A stretch of DNA of 61,472 bases, counting the filler, from Choristocarpus tenellus KU-1152 (Eukaryota; Protista; Phaeophyceae): the NCBI GenBank assembly GCA_964200185.2. It is 9 parts of 9 records of this genome, joined end to end, with 100 filler letters (N's around TTAATTAATTAA, not from the genome) between each part and the next. Parts side by side here need not be neighbours in the genome. Positions count along the whole stretch, not along the records: positions 1 to 10,013 come from CAXNAD020003207.1; positions 10,114 to 16,790 come from CAXNAD020007587.1; 7 more parts are not named here. One strand, written 5' to 3'. Below the pieces are notes generated by a model. That model searched no databases, was not told where the DNA came from, and saw nothing but the letters and a program-made list of their open reading frames with translations. Position numbers and translations under genes: made by a program. This document shows, piece by piece, positions 1 through 14,200 of this stretch. The stretch's first letter is position 1, and each line of letters begins with the position of its first letter.

Positions 1-37
1 TGTTTGCTGCGATTCTAACACACCGTCGGGTCGTGGC

Positions 38-38
38 A

Positions 39-72
<34 letters not shown>

Positions 73-218
73 CTACAGCAGGGTGTTCATTTGGGCCCTG
101 ACCAGGAGAAGTAAACTTGCATCATCCATCCGACGCATGGAACCAAATCACCCAAAAATTTCGACATGTATAAATGGGCCCCGAAAGGACAGACGCCACT
201 CCCCCCCCAGAATTGCTC
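38..218. mobile_element. Degenerate copy of a poly-G/poly-C-ended MITE-like repeat (family 2)
   Basis: Positions 60-132 (ggggtctacagcagggtgttcatttgggccc...catccatcc) match the reverse complement of 40733-40821. The copy ends in ccccccccaga, like the termini at several contig ends. Confidence 0.5.
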
Positions 219-3200
219 TAATTTTTGTACCTATAGGTAGTGGAAAAATAGGATGACCTCCTTTTCATTGAAAAAATCGCTCGAAGTCTTACACTGATAG
301 ATAGATATTGGGAAAATGTTACGGAGATTCTTTTCACTCTAAAAATATATCTAATATATACACCTCACATGATATACTATTTCAATGCTATGATCGATAC
401 TGACATGTCCTAGCACTTACTCTGTACTTCAAACTATCAAACAGAACAAAGATGTTTTCTAGTCGGTTCAACATGATGGCTTAGAAGATGTACACAAGAT
501 AACCCTAACCCTAACCCTTATGACCACAACCGACAATTCCTGGGCGTTCATTGTGGAGGAGAAAGAAAGCACATACGAGAGAATTAGTTGGAACAGGACA
601 ACACAAGTCTCTAGTACGTCCAACAAAGGCCTTTAGGATCAACACATCATTTCATCAGCAGCACGGAAATCCCACGCATTGTTTAAGTATCTATTTATCG
701 TCATTATGGAGGACAATAATCACTCTATGGATAGATTGTGGATCAAATAGTATTGATGAGTTTTATTCGTTTAGATTCTAACGTGTTAGAAGAGTTTTTT
801 TCATCCAGTTCAGTTGAAACCATGGGCTTGGGGATGCAAATTATAGGACAATCAAGACAACAAATCCAAGAAGTAATGCCGTTTACTATACTTAGTATCT
901 CTGCTAAAGTGAATATGGTGTGCCGTTGATCTATTTATCGAGTAAACACCTTCTAAAACAAAACGAAAATATTGGTCATATCTTATTTTGTTTCGATAGT
1001 GAGACAATGTGTATCTCATACACATATGAGTTGAATAACGATTCGACAAGAAACGTCATCTATCTACAAAAACAGATCAATATATTGATTAACCATCCAT
1101 CCATCGAGTGAGCGGCATTCACAACTACGATATCAGGGGATCTCAGTCACAACGCAAGCAGCTCTATCTAGATGGGCCATGCGTTTTAAGCTGGAGTCAC
1201 CAGGGAGATGGGTAAGGGGGGCCTTGTGAAATTGTTGGGATGCTTCCCTAGCCCTTCACCCTGGGGTGCAGGAATAGGTTAGAGACACAGGAAGGCAGTA
1301 GAACAACATAGTAAAATAGGAAATAGATCAACATTTTTCATATTTGTGACAACTGTTACTTTTTGAGGGATTTTTCAGACATGTGAATAGTTTTCATTAC
1401 TTTCTCCCCTCGGACATCTGCAAATTGTCAGAGGGTATAATAATATACATCAAGGGATATAGACATAGCAACCTCTTGTTGATAAGTGTGTTAACTTGCA
1501 TCTTCAAATAAATGAGTTGAACTGACTTGGAATATGACCATTCTATAGTAATATACACTGCTACTCCATAGGTATGTCTATGTATGGCTCAGGCATTTGT
1601 TTGTGAGGTTACCAACTGAAGTGTTGCAGTGTTTTGTACTCTGGACCTGACGGTTTCTTTATACCCTAACCCTAACCCTATCTACAAGAAAGGAGAATGT
1701 ACTGTAATAATATGTTGACTTGGTGTCAAATTGATGTATATCTAACATGAGAATTTGATGTTGTACTCAATGCCACACAAAATATCCACAATATATTTAT
1801 TGCATCCGCCTTAATAAAGGGGGTCAGCATAGATCCAAGTCTGTTCGACAGATTACTCGACTATTCTCAACCAGAGTCAAAGTATATGAGAGGTACTCAG
1901 AGTTGAATTTTAAGAAAGCTGACAAAGGTGCTCACAACTTGTCTTTTTTTGACAAATGCACATTGGAATGTTTCTGAATATTGTTGAAAGAGTTTCACAC
2001 AACAGAGATATCGAAAGTTCCAAGCGAAACTTAGTCCTTCCACCATAGATGTATGAATGAATTGCAAGGGAATGAAAAAAAAATGCCTCGAAACGAAAAA
2101 CGACTGAAACTTGAGCACCTCTCATTTCCTTTTGCCCGTGCACATTTGAGCGTGTACATGAACACATTTCTATCTGAAAACTATATGGCATACTTCCTAC
2201 AAAGGATTGAGAATTTATGGTGGAGTGATGGGGCATACGGTGGAAACTGAGATGTGTGATGATATAACCTGGAACTTGCTCACAGATCAATCGGGTGTAC
2301 CTTACACTACAGACACCGATATTCACACTGTCAACCCTCCACACAAGTATCAGAAATGGTGAAAGCAGAACCAATCGTGTCATCTAAATCCCATTTCTCC
2401 TGACACTTGACCTTCCCCACTATGAACCCTAGCTCTATAATCTCTGTGAAGCGTAATGATACATATATATATATGCATCTTGACAAAAGAGCTTTTGCTC
2501 GTGTACTGTGCTATGTGCAATCCATACACATTCATACATATATGTATGCACGCACACACAGAGAGAAAAAACGCATTTCCTTCTCAGCCAAGTTCACCCC
2601 GCTACTTACCTATTCTGTACATTATATGTATGTACATATATGTATGTATGTATGTATGTTTCTCTTCACATATTCAAAACATCTGTTTCCACTCCCTACC
2701 CGCTTTCAGCAGGGAAGGACAACGAAAAACACTACTCCCTTGCTCTCTTTCACTAACATGCTTGCTCAAAAAGTAGAGCAGACCAACCATAACATGTTGT
2801 CCCCTAAGCAGGCAACTCTGCGCACCTTTTGGAAATCTGACCCGATAGAAATATCAATTGAGGTTAGGGGTGGACGTACATCCTCCAGCAATGCAATCTT
2901 TATTGCAGAAAGGAACAATTCATGATGATTGATCATCGCCACTTTGCTCTCCTGCTTGGGGAGGAACATGCAGGGTGTGTGTGGTATTTATACTTGACCT
3001 GTGGGTCATGTCAGCGCTGCCTGTTTCATGTGGTATGTGAAGACGACTGCCAACTGGTTTGGGAGAGGTTTGAAGCTTGACCTGAAGAGTTGGGGTCAGG
3101 TTGTACTTGTCGCGAAATGTTTAGCACAAAATGAAGGGGAGGGCATACCAGGGCAAAGAGGGTATCAAGTGCATAGAGTGTATATGGTGAATTAAGATGA

Positions 3201-5271
3201 AATGTGCGGGGGACACAAGGGGCTGATAGAGTATTCTAATTTATTGGTCACAAGATTGAAGTACTCTACAACATTTGAATTTCTACTTGTGTATTTTGAA
3301 AAAAAAAAAGTGTTTTACCTTATGAGTCAACATTTCTCTTTTATGCGATTGGGATAAGGTATTGATTGAAGCATGAAGTTGCTGTGTAGAAGTGCAAAAA
3401 GAAGGACAAAATACAGTCCAGAATAATGATATCTCGGGGTAATGATTGACATGCAATCACAGCAACTATTCATGCAGTACACCTTCCTCAGTTATGACTA
3501 CCCTGCCACTGGGACATACATGGGAAAAGAAGGTTCAAATACGTAGAGGACACCAACATTGTCGATACTATTTGGGTCCAGCCTACAGTTCATGTTCAAG
3601 GAATACATTGAATAGAAGAGCATAGAAAACAATCCTGTAACTCATCTACCTGAAGAAAGGGCCAGGGAGAATTACCAATGGCAGCATCATCATCACTTTG
3701 ACGGTTGGCAGTAGTTGGCTGCTCAACGTCATCGGTACTGGTGGAGTCATGCCCAATACACTTCTACGACGGTGCGAGGAGGAGGGGCAGGGGTAGGAAC
3801 AGGTGAGGCGGGAAGACAAGTGAACGTGTAAAGTCATGGTCATAAGAACATGGCCGTTAGCTTGGGTTATATCCACTGTTTCTTTCTCATATGCTCTATA
3901 TTGCTGGCTCTCAATTGTCCAGAAGGGGGCTCAAATCTTGTTATGAACGAATACTGCAATTGGACTACTGGTCCCAAGAGGGCCAACGGAGCCCAAAATG
4001 AAGCCCAGGGCAAAGAAATGTGATGGGAGAGGTAGGGGTAATGTGCGCAGATCATGATTTTGAGCTTGGGAGACATAAGGGGCTGATGAAGGAGCGCTCT
4101 TGTTCGTTATTGGTCATAATATCGAAGTGCTCTGTACAAATGTACTACTTCTCCAGTCCACACAGAGAGGACTGCACTTGTGTCACGTGACTAGCGGCAC
4201 GATTTTCTGGACAAATGGAATCACTTACGGCACCCATGGATCAATACAGACTTGAGAAGGGACAGATCCTGACCATGAAAACAAGAACGGTCAGACACCC
4301 TCACCTCCTCGCCATTGGCATCATCAGCAAAGGTGGAAGTCAATGGTCCCAACAACAGGAGGAGATAGAGCAACCGCATGGTGACTCTGATTTGGTTTAG
4401 GGGGCAGTCTGGATTAGGTTCGATCTGCGTGACTCATCCCAGGGTTCCATGACCCGAATCAGTGGGATCTGTTGGTAATGTAGATAGTAGTGAGCTCAAG
4501 GATAATCATTGTCGTTTTAGTTTAGTTGCGTTGTGCGAGGGACGGAATCTTGAGTAAGGGCGAAAGAGAGGCGGGGGAAGAAGGTCGGTTGACTCGGAGG
4601 GGAGGCAAGGAGGGGAGGGGGGGTACTTGTGATGCGAGGGTAAGCCCAATCCCTTGGACGCCGAAACATGCCAAGAATTCTAGGGCATCCTGCCTAGACA
4701 GACATCTTCTGGCACCGAACCTTATGTAGGGCCTTCCTTCGTTCCCCACTCTTTATTATTTCTGGGAAGATATCGCCAAGATGGGCCCCTTACAGATAGA
4801 TCCATCATCTCAGAAAAAGACAATTAATTCCAAATTTGTAATGAAGATCCCAACTTAGTTGTGAGGATAAAAGAAACCGCCTTGAAACCTATCTAGACAA
4901 AAATGTAACACAATAGTCTTGTTGAATGTTTCTTTCTCACGTCCAGAGGCTACCTACCAATCAAAGCGCTTTTTATGGTCCATTTTCCCGACCAACCAAT
5001 TAAACTCGATGATGATCAAGTAAATATACGCATATGAATATATTATTATTAGCTCTTTGAATTATGTACTTACTGGTTTTAGATAGCGCAACCTGATTGG
5101 TCGATTCAAATACAGAGTTTAACCTATCCAATTTTCATGTTTTTGAGAAGTACAAAGGGATGGGCAAGGAGGGAATGAACCTGGACTTGAAATCAGTAGT
5201 TAGAGGTCCTCCAGGCACACCGTGGTCACGTCCAATGACAAGAAGATGATCGATTTTGCCAAGGGAAGAAT

Positions 5272-5773
5272 ATGATGCCGGGGGAGCAGAGAGCAGTGAT
5301 TGCAGTGATGCTCAAGAGTGGCAATGGGGGGGACCTGAAGCAAGTCATTGAGATGTTTGATACTATTTGTAGAACGATATCAAAGCGACAGGATCAGTAT
5401 TGATGCCCAAACGGATGCTAGTGCTTTGGATACCAACTCAGACTCGGCGTGAAAGGGAAGGGTTGGGGTTAAGGGAGGGTATCAAGTTCGACCAGTTGCG
5501 AGAGTTCCGCCATGTAACCACGGTCAACAATCGAACAACCCAGGAGTCCCTACCAGGGTGCTTTGGGTTTTTCCGCTGACAACATTTCATAAAAGGATGA
5601 AGAGGCTTGGGCTTAGGTCGTGGTCGACCTGTCTCAAGCCGTTGCTCGCTGTCGAGGGCATGCGAAAGAGGCTAAGGTGGGCACTGAGTTGGGTCGATGA
5701 CGAACGTGGACTGTCTAAAAGGTGCCACCACTTTGAAGACTTCCTCTGAGTGAATGAGACATGATTTTATATA
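5272..5773 (+). pseudogene. Tc1/mariner (DD39D plant-mariner-like) transposase remnant, N-terminal half
   Basis: Reads MMPGEQRAVIAVMLKSGNGGDLKQ...RTISK, then TTFHKRMKRLGLRSWSTCLKPLLAVEGMRKRLRWALSWV...FEDFL*VNET*FYI. This fits the KP.L...R...AL and (H)VDEKWFY motifs, with in-frame stops. Similarity is lost after the first catalytic-Asp motif. Confidence 0.7.
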
Positions 5774-7944
5774 GGTAGAGACGGTCAGAAATACTAAATT
5801 TTCGACGGCGAGGAGCCTTACAAAGTGGAACATTATATAACCGAAGAGAAGTAATGTTTTTGTGGTACTGCGAGTGTTAATATTGTGTATTTTTGTATCA
5901 TTAGTAATATCCTAAGTTTTTGAGGGTTTGGAATGTGGTTAGTTTACCTAGAGTAGTGCAAGTGAAGCAATCTTTGAAGGACTACCTCACAAGACACCAG
6001 TTTGAGATGGCACCCATTGAAAAAGGACTGCTTTTTCCTTCCTGCAACCATGTACCGGAAGATATTCGACTATTTGGAGAGTATGATGGCAGACACATGG
6101 AGGTGTGTCTGAGTGATTTGCACTGTGTGTTTTAAGGTGTAAATTGTTTTGAGAGTATGATGAAATACACTTGGAGGCGTTATTGTTAAAATAGGTACCA
6201 TTAGTAAGGTATTTATTTTTGTGAGAGTACAATTTACCCCACCCAACTTACTCCTTATTTTTTATATTAGTGCGTATTATGTAAGTGTGTGTGTATGTAT
6301 GTGTATTGTACCAACGCCGAGATTTACGTAGCACATAGTAAAAGAAGATTTTTTTTTGTTGATTCCTAATAGCTTGAGATAACGCAGCACCTGACAATGA
6401 CAAAAAAAAAAAAGAACTCTGAGGGCTTGAAGTATTCATAGGAGAATACATATAGTTTAGAGTCAGGTGCAGGTAGAAGCTCAGAAATGTTGTCCGCCAT
6501 GCCCAGAACTTGCATGTAACAATGGCAGTGTACCCTGTACCTTCTATTTGCACCTTGCAGTGTACGTTATGCTGTACCTTGTGCTATACCCCACCAAAGA
6601 TGTACAAATAATATATATATATATATATATATATATGGGAAGTGTTTGTGTGTGTGTGTTTTGTTTTTTTTTAATATTTGGAGAGGGTGCACTTACCCTG
6701 AAATTGTATATTGTATGCTATGTATATCTTTTCATCCTTTTGTACTTTTTCATTGGCTCTCCCCAGGTGTGGTTCTGAATGATATCTGCTATGTGGGACG
6801 GATGACAGTTTGCGGGGGTTTGAGGGAAGGGAGCAAGGTCTTTGAACATCTGCAAAGCACGGATTCTGAGGATGTTCCTCCGAAGAGGGTGAGGAGAGCC
6901 ATTTTTTCTAACATGATGATAGTTCTATTTTGTGCATATAAATAAATTGATTAGTTTATGTATGTATGTGGTGTACTGTGGTAGTAGTACTATAGATAGC
7001 ACTCTGTTAATGGCGTTGGATATGTCCTTTGATGCGATGGAGAAATAAAGGAGTAGAAAAGAAAGTTTCTAGCGCAACGATAATTTTTTTTATCAACTCT
7101 ACTTTTACTCACTATGCAGTACCTTGGATGTTGGTTGTGGTCCAATTTGTGCTGTTGCTGCTGCTGTTGACTAGTCTTGATGAAAGTTCTCCCATGTAAA
7201 GAGATGGAGTTTTTGGCCAATTTTGTGGTGGATGGCTGCCAACCCACCTCCCCCCCCCTCCTTCTCGTTGGCAACATGGGATGATATCATGGAAAAGAGA
7301 AAGTTCTTGGGGAAGGTGACATTTCAATTTTTAAGAAATGCGAAAGGCTTTAATATCATTCAATTTTGAGTTGTTTTGTGATGTTTTGAATAGGCAGGGA
7401 GTTTGTTAATAGGGCGTTAGGGAAGGGTAACAGAATGCACAACATGTAGACAGCGCCTCACCTTATTCAGGTGTCTAAAGGGGTCAAGCCTTGTGCTGAC
7501 AAACACCAAGCATATTTTCCATTGAATGCGGGGGGGGATTGTGAATTTCTGAAAAGCCACTGAGTGTTTTTAAAAGACAAGGGTATTATTGGACATTTCC
7601 AAATGAGAATGAATAGTGTACCTCTCTGTATTTTTCTCAGTGTGCTTCACCAGGCCGGGCTGTTAGTATGTCCAATATCAACCATATGGCAGCGGGCCAA
7701 CCCACAGCCTGGCCATGTTCAAAGGGTTGATGGCCATGGACTCAACCATGCTAGAGCATTTTATCTTTATGGTCAGTCAGGAAATATTTTCTTGACCCTT
7801 GAGCCGGCCACGTGATGACCATGGCTCCCCATTCACCATTCACCCTACTTGTTCTTGTATCTTGTATCTTTTGTCCCATATTATTAATACTACTGTGAAT
7901 ACTACTTCAAAGTAAGGACTATTAATGCGTCACTACCCTTCGGT

Positions 7945-8074
7945 TGTTTTCTATTTCAAATTCATGTTTTATGTTTTGATATTGTTTTCTATTTCAAATT
8001 CATGTTTTATGTTTTGATAACGTTTCCTATTTCAAATTCATGTTTTACATTTCGATAATGTTTTCTATTTGCAA
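7945..8074. repeat. 38-bp tandem repeat, ~3.4 copies
   Basis: Unit tgttttctatttcaaattcatgttttatgttttgatat starts at 7945, 7983, 8021 and 8059. Confidence 0.9.
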
Positions 8075-10013
8075 TTTGTTTGGACTAAGATAGAATTATT
8101 TTGCTATAGATGCATGGTCAGATGGGCAAAATGGGAAATATCAAAACAATTCGGATCAAGCCGTCAAAGCTGTACCCTAACCCTATAGAATATGCCACAA
8201 ACCGGTCTGTACACTCAAGATATGCGTATCTTCCCACATAGCGAATGCGAGTGGAGAGTGATCACCATCGGGTTCCTCGTGAAGAGTAGGCTGTACTGGA
8301 CATTTTAATACCAGTAATTCATTGAGCACAACTCAAACAGAAAGCAAACAACTGGAAACACCTTGTGTACGGGACTTGATACTTGCCCTTCCTCCATTGC
8401 CAATGTATTCTTGCTCTAGATGTGCAAATGACCAATGCGTTGTAACATTTGGGTCGCTTTGTGATGCCAGTAGAATGTGTTGTTGTGGTGATACCATTGG
8501 TGTTGGAAGAAATAGGCCAGAGGTAGTGGACACAATAATGACATGAGCGCTTGATTTTGACCAAAGAAGGGTATAATGGGAAGGTATAGTAACAGGAGGA
8601 GGAGGGAAACTCAGTACTGAAGTATATAGTATTTGGTTGCACGATGTATGTTGATTGTATTGTCTTGTTGACTAGAAAGAGAAGGGGGGTTTCGCACAGT
8701 CCTGTTTGGTTGTATTTTTTCTAAATCTTGGTGTGGCGTTTGTGTAGCGAATAGGTAGGTTTGTCGTTGACCGTTTTGTCTCCATTTGACCGTCACCAAC
8801 GGAATGAACGCACAAATAGATATTTATTTTTTGTGCAGAGGGGTTACAAGGATATTGCGTGCGTGTAACATACAAGTTGTAATAGTTAATACTTCTGCTT
8901 GGTCTCGCGTATTGTTGTTATTTTTATATTGCTTTTTATTACTATTATTTTTAGGTATTTTGCTCTCTTCTGTGCAGTAGTCTCTCATACATCATTTTTG
9001 GTGCACACGCAGTACTTCTTCTGTCCATAGCGAACGCCCATAATGGTTCATGGTTATGAGATCATTTCTCAACATGTGCGGTTCAATCACCATCAGTCTT
9101 CTCGCTAGTGCATTTTAAATGGACATGTTCCGGGAATCTACTCCCAGGTATGCTTGTCCTCTCAAGAGGAGAAATAACTCCAACCCATGGCATGCCCTCC
9201 ATAACCTGCCAGGCATAGTTTTAGCATATTTACGTACATGCATCCTCCACAATTTTGAAGACAGGAGTATCTATCCACAGGATCTTTACTATGTCATTCT
9301 GAATCCTCCCTATGGGCAACTGTCACACACCTACACACACACATACACACCCTTGTGTAGGATAATGTGACTCCAAAGCCACGGACACACCCACACATCT
9401 ACCAACAAATTGTCAAAGACAAAAGGAGCCTCTGCTGAGGACCCATGTTGCTCTTCCTACTCTGATATCACCCCCACGTGCAGACATCCCAGGGTTAGGC
9501 TTCCCTCCAATGAAAACGCTGTTTAAAAAAATATATATATATTGCTATTTTCTTGTAAGCTTTACATCTGTACATCCTTGAAATTTCCATGGCGACAGAA
9601 AAATAACAATTAATTACAAACACCGGGTATTCTTGTTGTGTTGTGCATGTATGCATGTGCCGGAATTCTCATGGCACACCATCAAGCCAAGAGAAGAGGA
9701 GGGGGGCTTTGTTTGTAGATGGCACGTGTTGTTCATAGCATTCCCTTTTCGGAGTCATAAATGTGGAGTTTGGGGCCATGAACACGGCATGATGGGGCGC
9801 TGGAGTTAGCAATACCCTGGTACGCATTTTGGCAATATGTATAGTTTGATCCTCTACTACAATAAAAGGGGGAGAAATAGTATGTAGTTGCGGGTGGGGG
9901 GGGGGTTCGGGCAGGGTATATTATAAATGACCAGAGATAGCTTCCATTGACCTTTCCCCTTACATTCCTCCACCCATGTAGCCCACAGCAACATGGAGGA
10001 GGGGGTGAAGGGG

Positions 10014-10113
10014 NNNNNNNNNNNNNNNNNNNNNNNNNNNNNNNNNNNNNNNNNNNNTTAATTAATTAANNNNNNNNNNNNNNNNNNNNNNNNNNNNNNN
10101 NNNNNNNNNNNNN
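10014..10113. other. Artificial contig linker
   Basis: N44-TTAATTAATTAA-N44 (stop codons in all frames). Confidence 0.97.
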
Positions 10114-11214
10114 CCCCCCAGATACTTTGACCCATAAACGCAAAACCTCATTCACTCCACATAGCTTGAACAAAAAAGTACAGGTTATCACACTGTACAA
10201 TATTATTGAAATATCACAACAAAATAGAGGGAAAAATGTAAATGTGACCCAGGTTGTTCTTCTAAAGCACCCAGGTAACCTTATGTGATGATGACGCAGG
10301 TCCCTAAGCCACCATTACTGCTATGCCAATGAATCCTGGAATGGAACAAAAAAACAAATATTGCGTTATCCTGAAGCTGCAAAAAAAAGACAATGTACTA
10401 TTATTCAAGGAGCGCAATATAATACCTTCCAACTACTACTATATGTGCGTAAACAAGGACATGTCAGGAGCCGAAACCAGGATTCAGAAAATATGCTGCA
10501 AATGCAACTTACCAATTGACCCTTCAGTATGTAGTAAGGACTCAGAAGTGTGTGTGCGGAATGTAAAAACATTTCAGTTGCGTCACTGTTCTCATCTGTG
10601 GACATTCTTCCCTCAGGTAGGGGCAGGGCAAACCAATACCAATACTACCATTGATAACCTAGCCCCAGCATTGCAGTGTATATTTTCAAAATAGTACTTC
10701 AGAAGAGAATACTTTTCTTCTTGGATGGAAAAGGTCATAATCTTCTTTGTCGTGAGAGACTGAGCCCTCTTATCCTTACTACGCACATACAGCCTCTAAA
10801 AAACTTCTCTCTGGTCATGACCAAGATCTCCAAAGTATTGGACGGACAAAAATAAAATGTTGTCATGTCAATAATAAATGTAACGACGAGGGAGGTAGAG
10901 CTCTGGGGGATATTGTCCAAACAGCAACATTTACACCAATGGGATGGCCTACACATCACATTGAGCCAATAGAATGCATCTGCCTAGATTTTTTTCTTGC
11001 TCTATCGCCTTAGTTCTTGTTCTTTGCATCGCTCATTTGTATCCCTACAAAAATTAATTAACCCATAGCCAAATCCTACGTCACCAGCATCACCAAGAAC
11101 AAGTCTTGTGTTCACTCAGGGCACACATGGTCACTACAGTACACCTCTATTATTTGAGGTGTTGTGAGTCCAATGTACCCAATCTCACGTATTATGTCCT
11201 TGTGTACGTAGTGG

Positions 11215-14200
11215 TCACTCAAACTTGGTGTCCTTCCTGAACTTGGGCTTGAACTTTGAGCGTTTTCCCTTGTGCACCCTATTGTGTTCCGCGATGAGAT
11301 CAAGAGCCTCATTCATCATATCCTTGTCTGGACAATCATAGAACATGTCGGTTACCTCACTGAGGTCATAGCCCTGTAAATGCATGCCATAGGGTGGTTC
11401 ACAGCCAATGAAAGAGGCATCGGTCGTTACAGCACAGTTGCACATGCTTCAGTTCTCACTCACACAAGCAAGCACACGGGACAAAAAAACGCATCAAAAA
11501 TTATTATCATTGCATTAGTAATATTGATACATATCAAGATAGCGACCAGCATCTCAACATCATTCAGATAACGCTTTCATCTCTTGAACTGTTTTGTTTC
11601 AACCTTGTCCACACCCAACAACAGCAGTCCAAAGCCAAACAAATATGCGGAGATGAGTTTTTTACTTTTTTTTACTTGGTTGATAACCAGCCTAGAGGAT
11701 ACACTTTGAGAGGCAATCTTATCAACGGGGTGAAAACGACACAGTTGAAAGAGGGAAGAATCTCACTCTTCTGTCATGCAATCTGTGTATACTCTGGAGT
11801 AGATGTGCAAAGCACATCTAGAGGTTTCATATGTTGGGCAGTCCTTTGGCTGGAGGAAAAAACACAAGAGACCTTATGTCACAGTTGTTTCGTTTGGCAC
11901 TGCGATGAAGTCGTGCTTGGAGGATTGAGGCAATTGAAAGGTCCTACCTTACTTGTTTTCCTTGAGGAATCTCATTATCTTCATCTCGCATACACCTTAG
12001 TCTCATGGAACTATTTCTTACAAATCAAGTGTTACCTAGTAGAACACTAAAAAAGGATTTTGGTCATCAACTGCAGCATGTTCACACACTATGCACAAGA
12101 TCATGTCCCACAATCCCGCCTCCTTACAAAACCCCAAACCGTTCTAGCTACAGTCATGACACCAAATCTCACCCGTAAAGCAGAGACCATTTCCTCCAGT
12201 GCCCCCATGGCGCCAATCCACATACCAGCCTTGATACACGAGGCAATGACATGGCCATAGCTGGCCTCATCAGGCATTAGCCCATTACGGAGGAACTCCT
12301 CCAGGAGAGCTGTAGCCCACTCCCATGCCCCGTCTTTTTCACAAGACTTGAGGGCAGCATTCATTGTTGCCAACTCTGGTCTGAGACGCCGTTGCATGCT
12401 GTGTGCCGATAAAACCCAGCGAGGAGTTTGTGCAGTGCAAGACACAGGGTGGATAAAGAATGGCACGAGGGCAAGATGAACTGCCAAGACAAGCAAATGC
12501 ATTGATGTCTACATTGCATCCTTCATGATTGTCTCAATTAGGAATAGTATGGTACAAGTCAAACAATATTCTTGATCAAAATGACCATGAGGTATTAATT
12601 AATGCTCCTCCAGTAGTCTCTCCACTTCAAACATGCATGAACCACTTGGAGCTCACAGGGCAACACTACAGCAAAAAAAACACAACAGAGTGTTACATTT
12701 AAATGTAGTGTTTGTACATGTGATGTTAGAGGTGGAGCTGCTACCAGTGGATGGGTGACAAAGCTAACCCTAACCCTAACCCTAACCCTAACCCTAACCC
12801 TAGCCCCAACCCCAACCCACACATACATGAGAAAAGACACCCCCTACATGGGGAACCAAGGTACCAGGGTACCTGGGTTGGCTTCAGCTTAAGGTTGCCT
12901 GAAAAAGCTAGAGTTGGGAATTGGAGGAGGGAAGAGTATGCACTAAGAACGATGAAGGCACCAGTTGTGCCAAGCAATGTCTTGAGATGCTGCAAAGCAG
13001 TACATAAACAATATGTAGTAGGTAGGTGAACAGGGACGGCACAGCACTAAGCTTGCTGGTCTTAACTGATGGAAAGATCAAGGATACATCCCAACCAGTT
13101 GGAATGGTTGAAATCATATCTATTACTTTAGAATAAACCTAGTCAAATCTACCAGAGATGCTGCTATTTATGTCTTGACTATTGCATCAAAATGCTCGCA
13201 CATGACTCTGCAGGGTTCACAGATGTCTTTAAAGCACCTCATAGAAGAGACTAAGAGCTCAAAAGGAGATTCATCAAGCACTCAGGCAGGTCCACTCTAT
13301 CTTTCAAGTCAAACTAGACTGAGACTATACTAGGCACACCTATCAGCAGTGTACTAACCCCAAGCAACAAGCAAACAAAAAATTACACTGGCATGAGACT
13401 GTCAATCGTTGGCTAGGCACTTGATTCATATCATTTGAGCTCTGTGACCAAGCACACTATATTGCAGCAGGGGAGGTCAGTTGACTCTCGTTTTGGCCTC
13501 ACCTCTATATTTTATAAAACAAAGCACACAAGGGCTTGGAACAACTATGAACAGCATTCTTGCATGCTCCTTATCCACCTCAAAAACCTCATGAAGCCTT
13601 TCTGGAGAAAATTCTTCCCCATGCCATCAAAGAGACAAAGTCAATCTTGATCCTCAAGTTCGGAACATAGCCCCATGGTTGGCCTGAACTTGCAAGTAAA
13701 TGCGAAGTTAAGGCCAACCACAAGGCCAACCCTCCCCTGGAAAAGATTCCTGCTCTTGACCTAACTTTTCAAAATACTTTCAATACCACAGGGCAAGAAT
13801 GAGGCCCTGTCTCTATCTAAGCTTGGTCATGGCGATAACACACATTTGAGAAGGCCTTGAGACACACCAGTGCAACAAACATAAAAACATAGAATTTCTT
13901 GTGCCTTGAAGTGGTACACTAGGAGTAATTACAGGTTCCGGGGTAGACCATTGCTCACCCTCAGAGTATTATTACTCCCTCATTGTACCTGAACAACCAT
14001 ATTTACTGCACCAAGTCTCAGAGTGTGATATAAAGTACACTCTACGAGGATTACACACTTTTGGGTTTGGAAAATAGACTGAGACTCAGCATTTACCTGT
14101 GTCGTGGGCAGAAATTTCCCTATGGAACCCACTGCAGTTTTTTTTTTCTGAACAAAAGTACTTCGCAAGTACTCGACTCCACTGTTGCTACACATTTCTA

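Noticed and set aside
740-900. Possible integrase-like remnant (…TTNPRSNA…)
   Set aside because: It is too short and degenerate to support without a search.
4255-4330. Ankyrin-like peptide (GTDPDHENKNGQTP/HLLA)
   Set aside because: It is a single short match that needs a frameshift, with no neighbouring repeats or splice support.
13200-13670. Possible Copia RT relic in a PPR intron
   Set aside because: Only weak fragments (ELKRRF; EKILPHAIKETK) are present, with no ordered motif set.
12873-14119. Two possible micro-exons (23 and 26 nt) in the PPR gene
   Set aside because: Direct splicing from 14999 to 12398 is in phase and keeps normal PPR spacing. The micro-exon path does not rejoin in frame.
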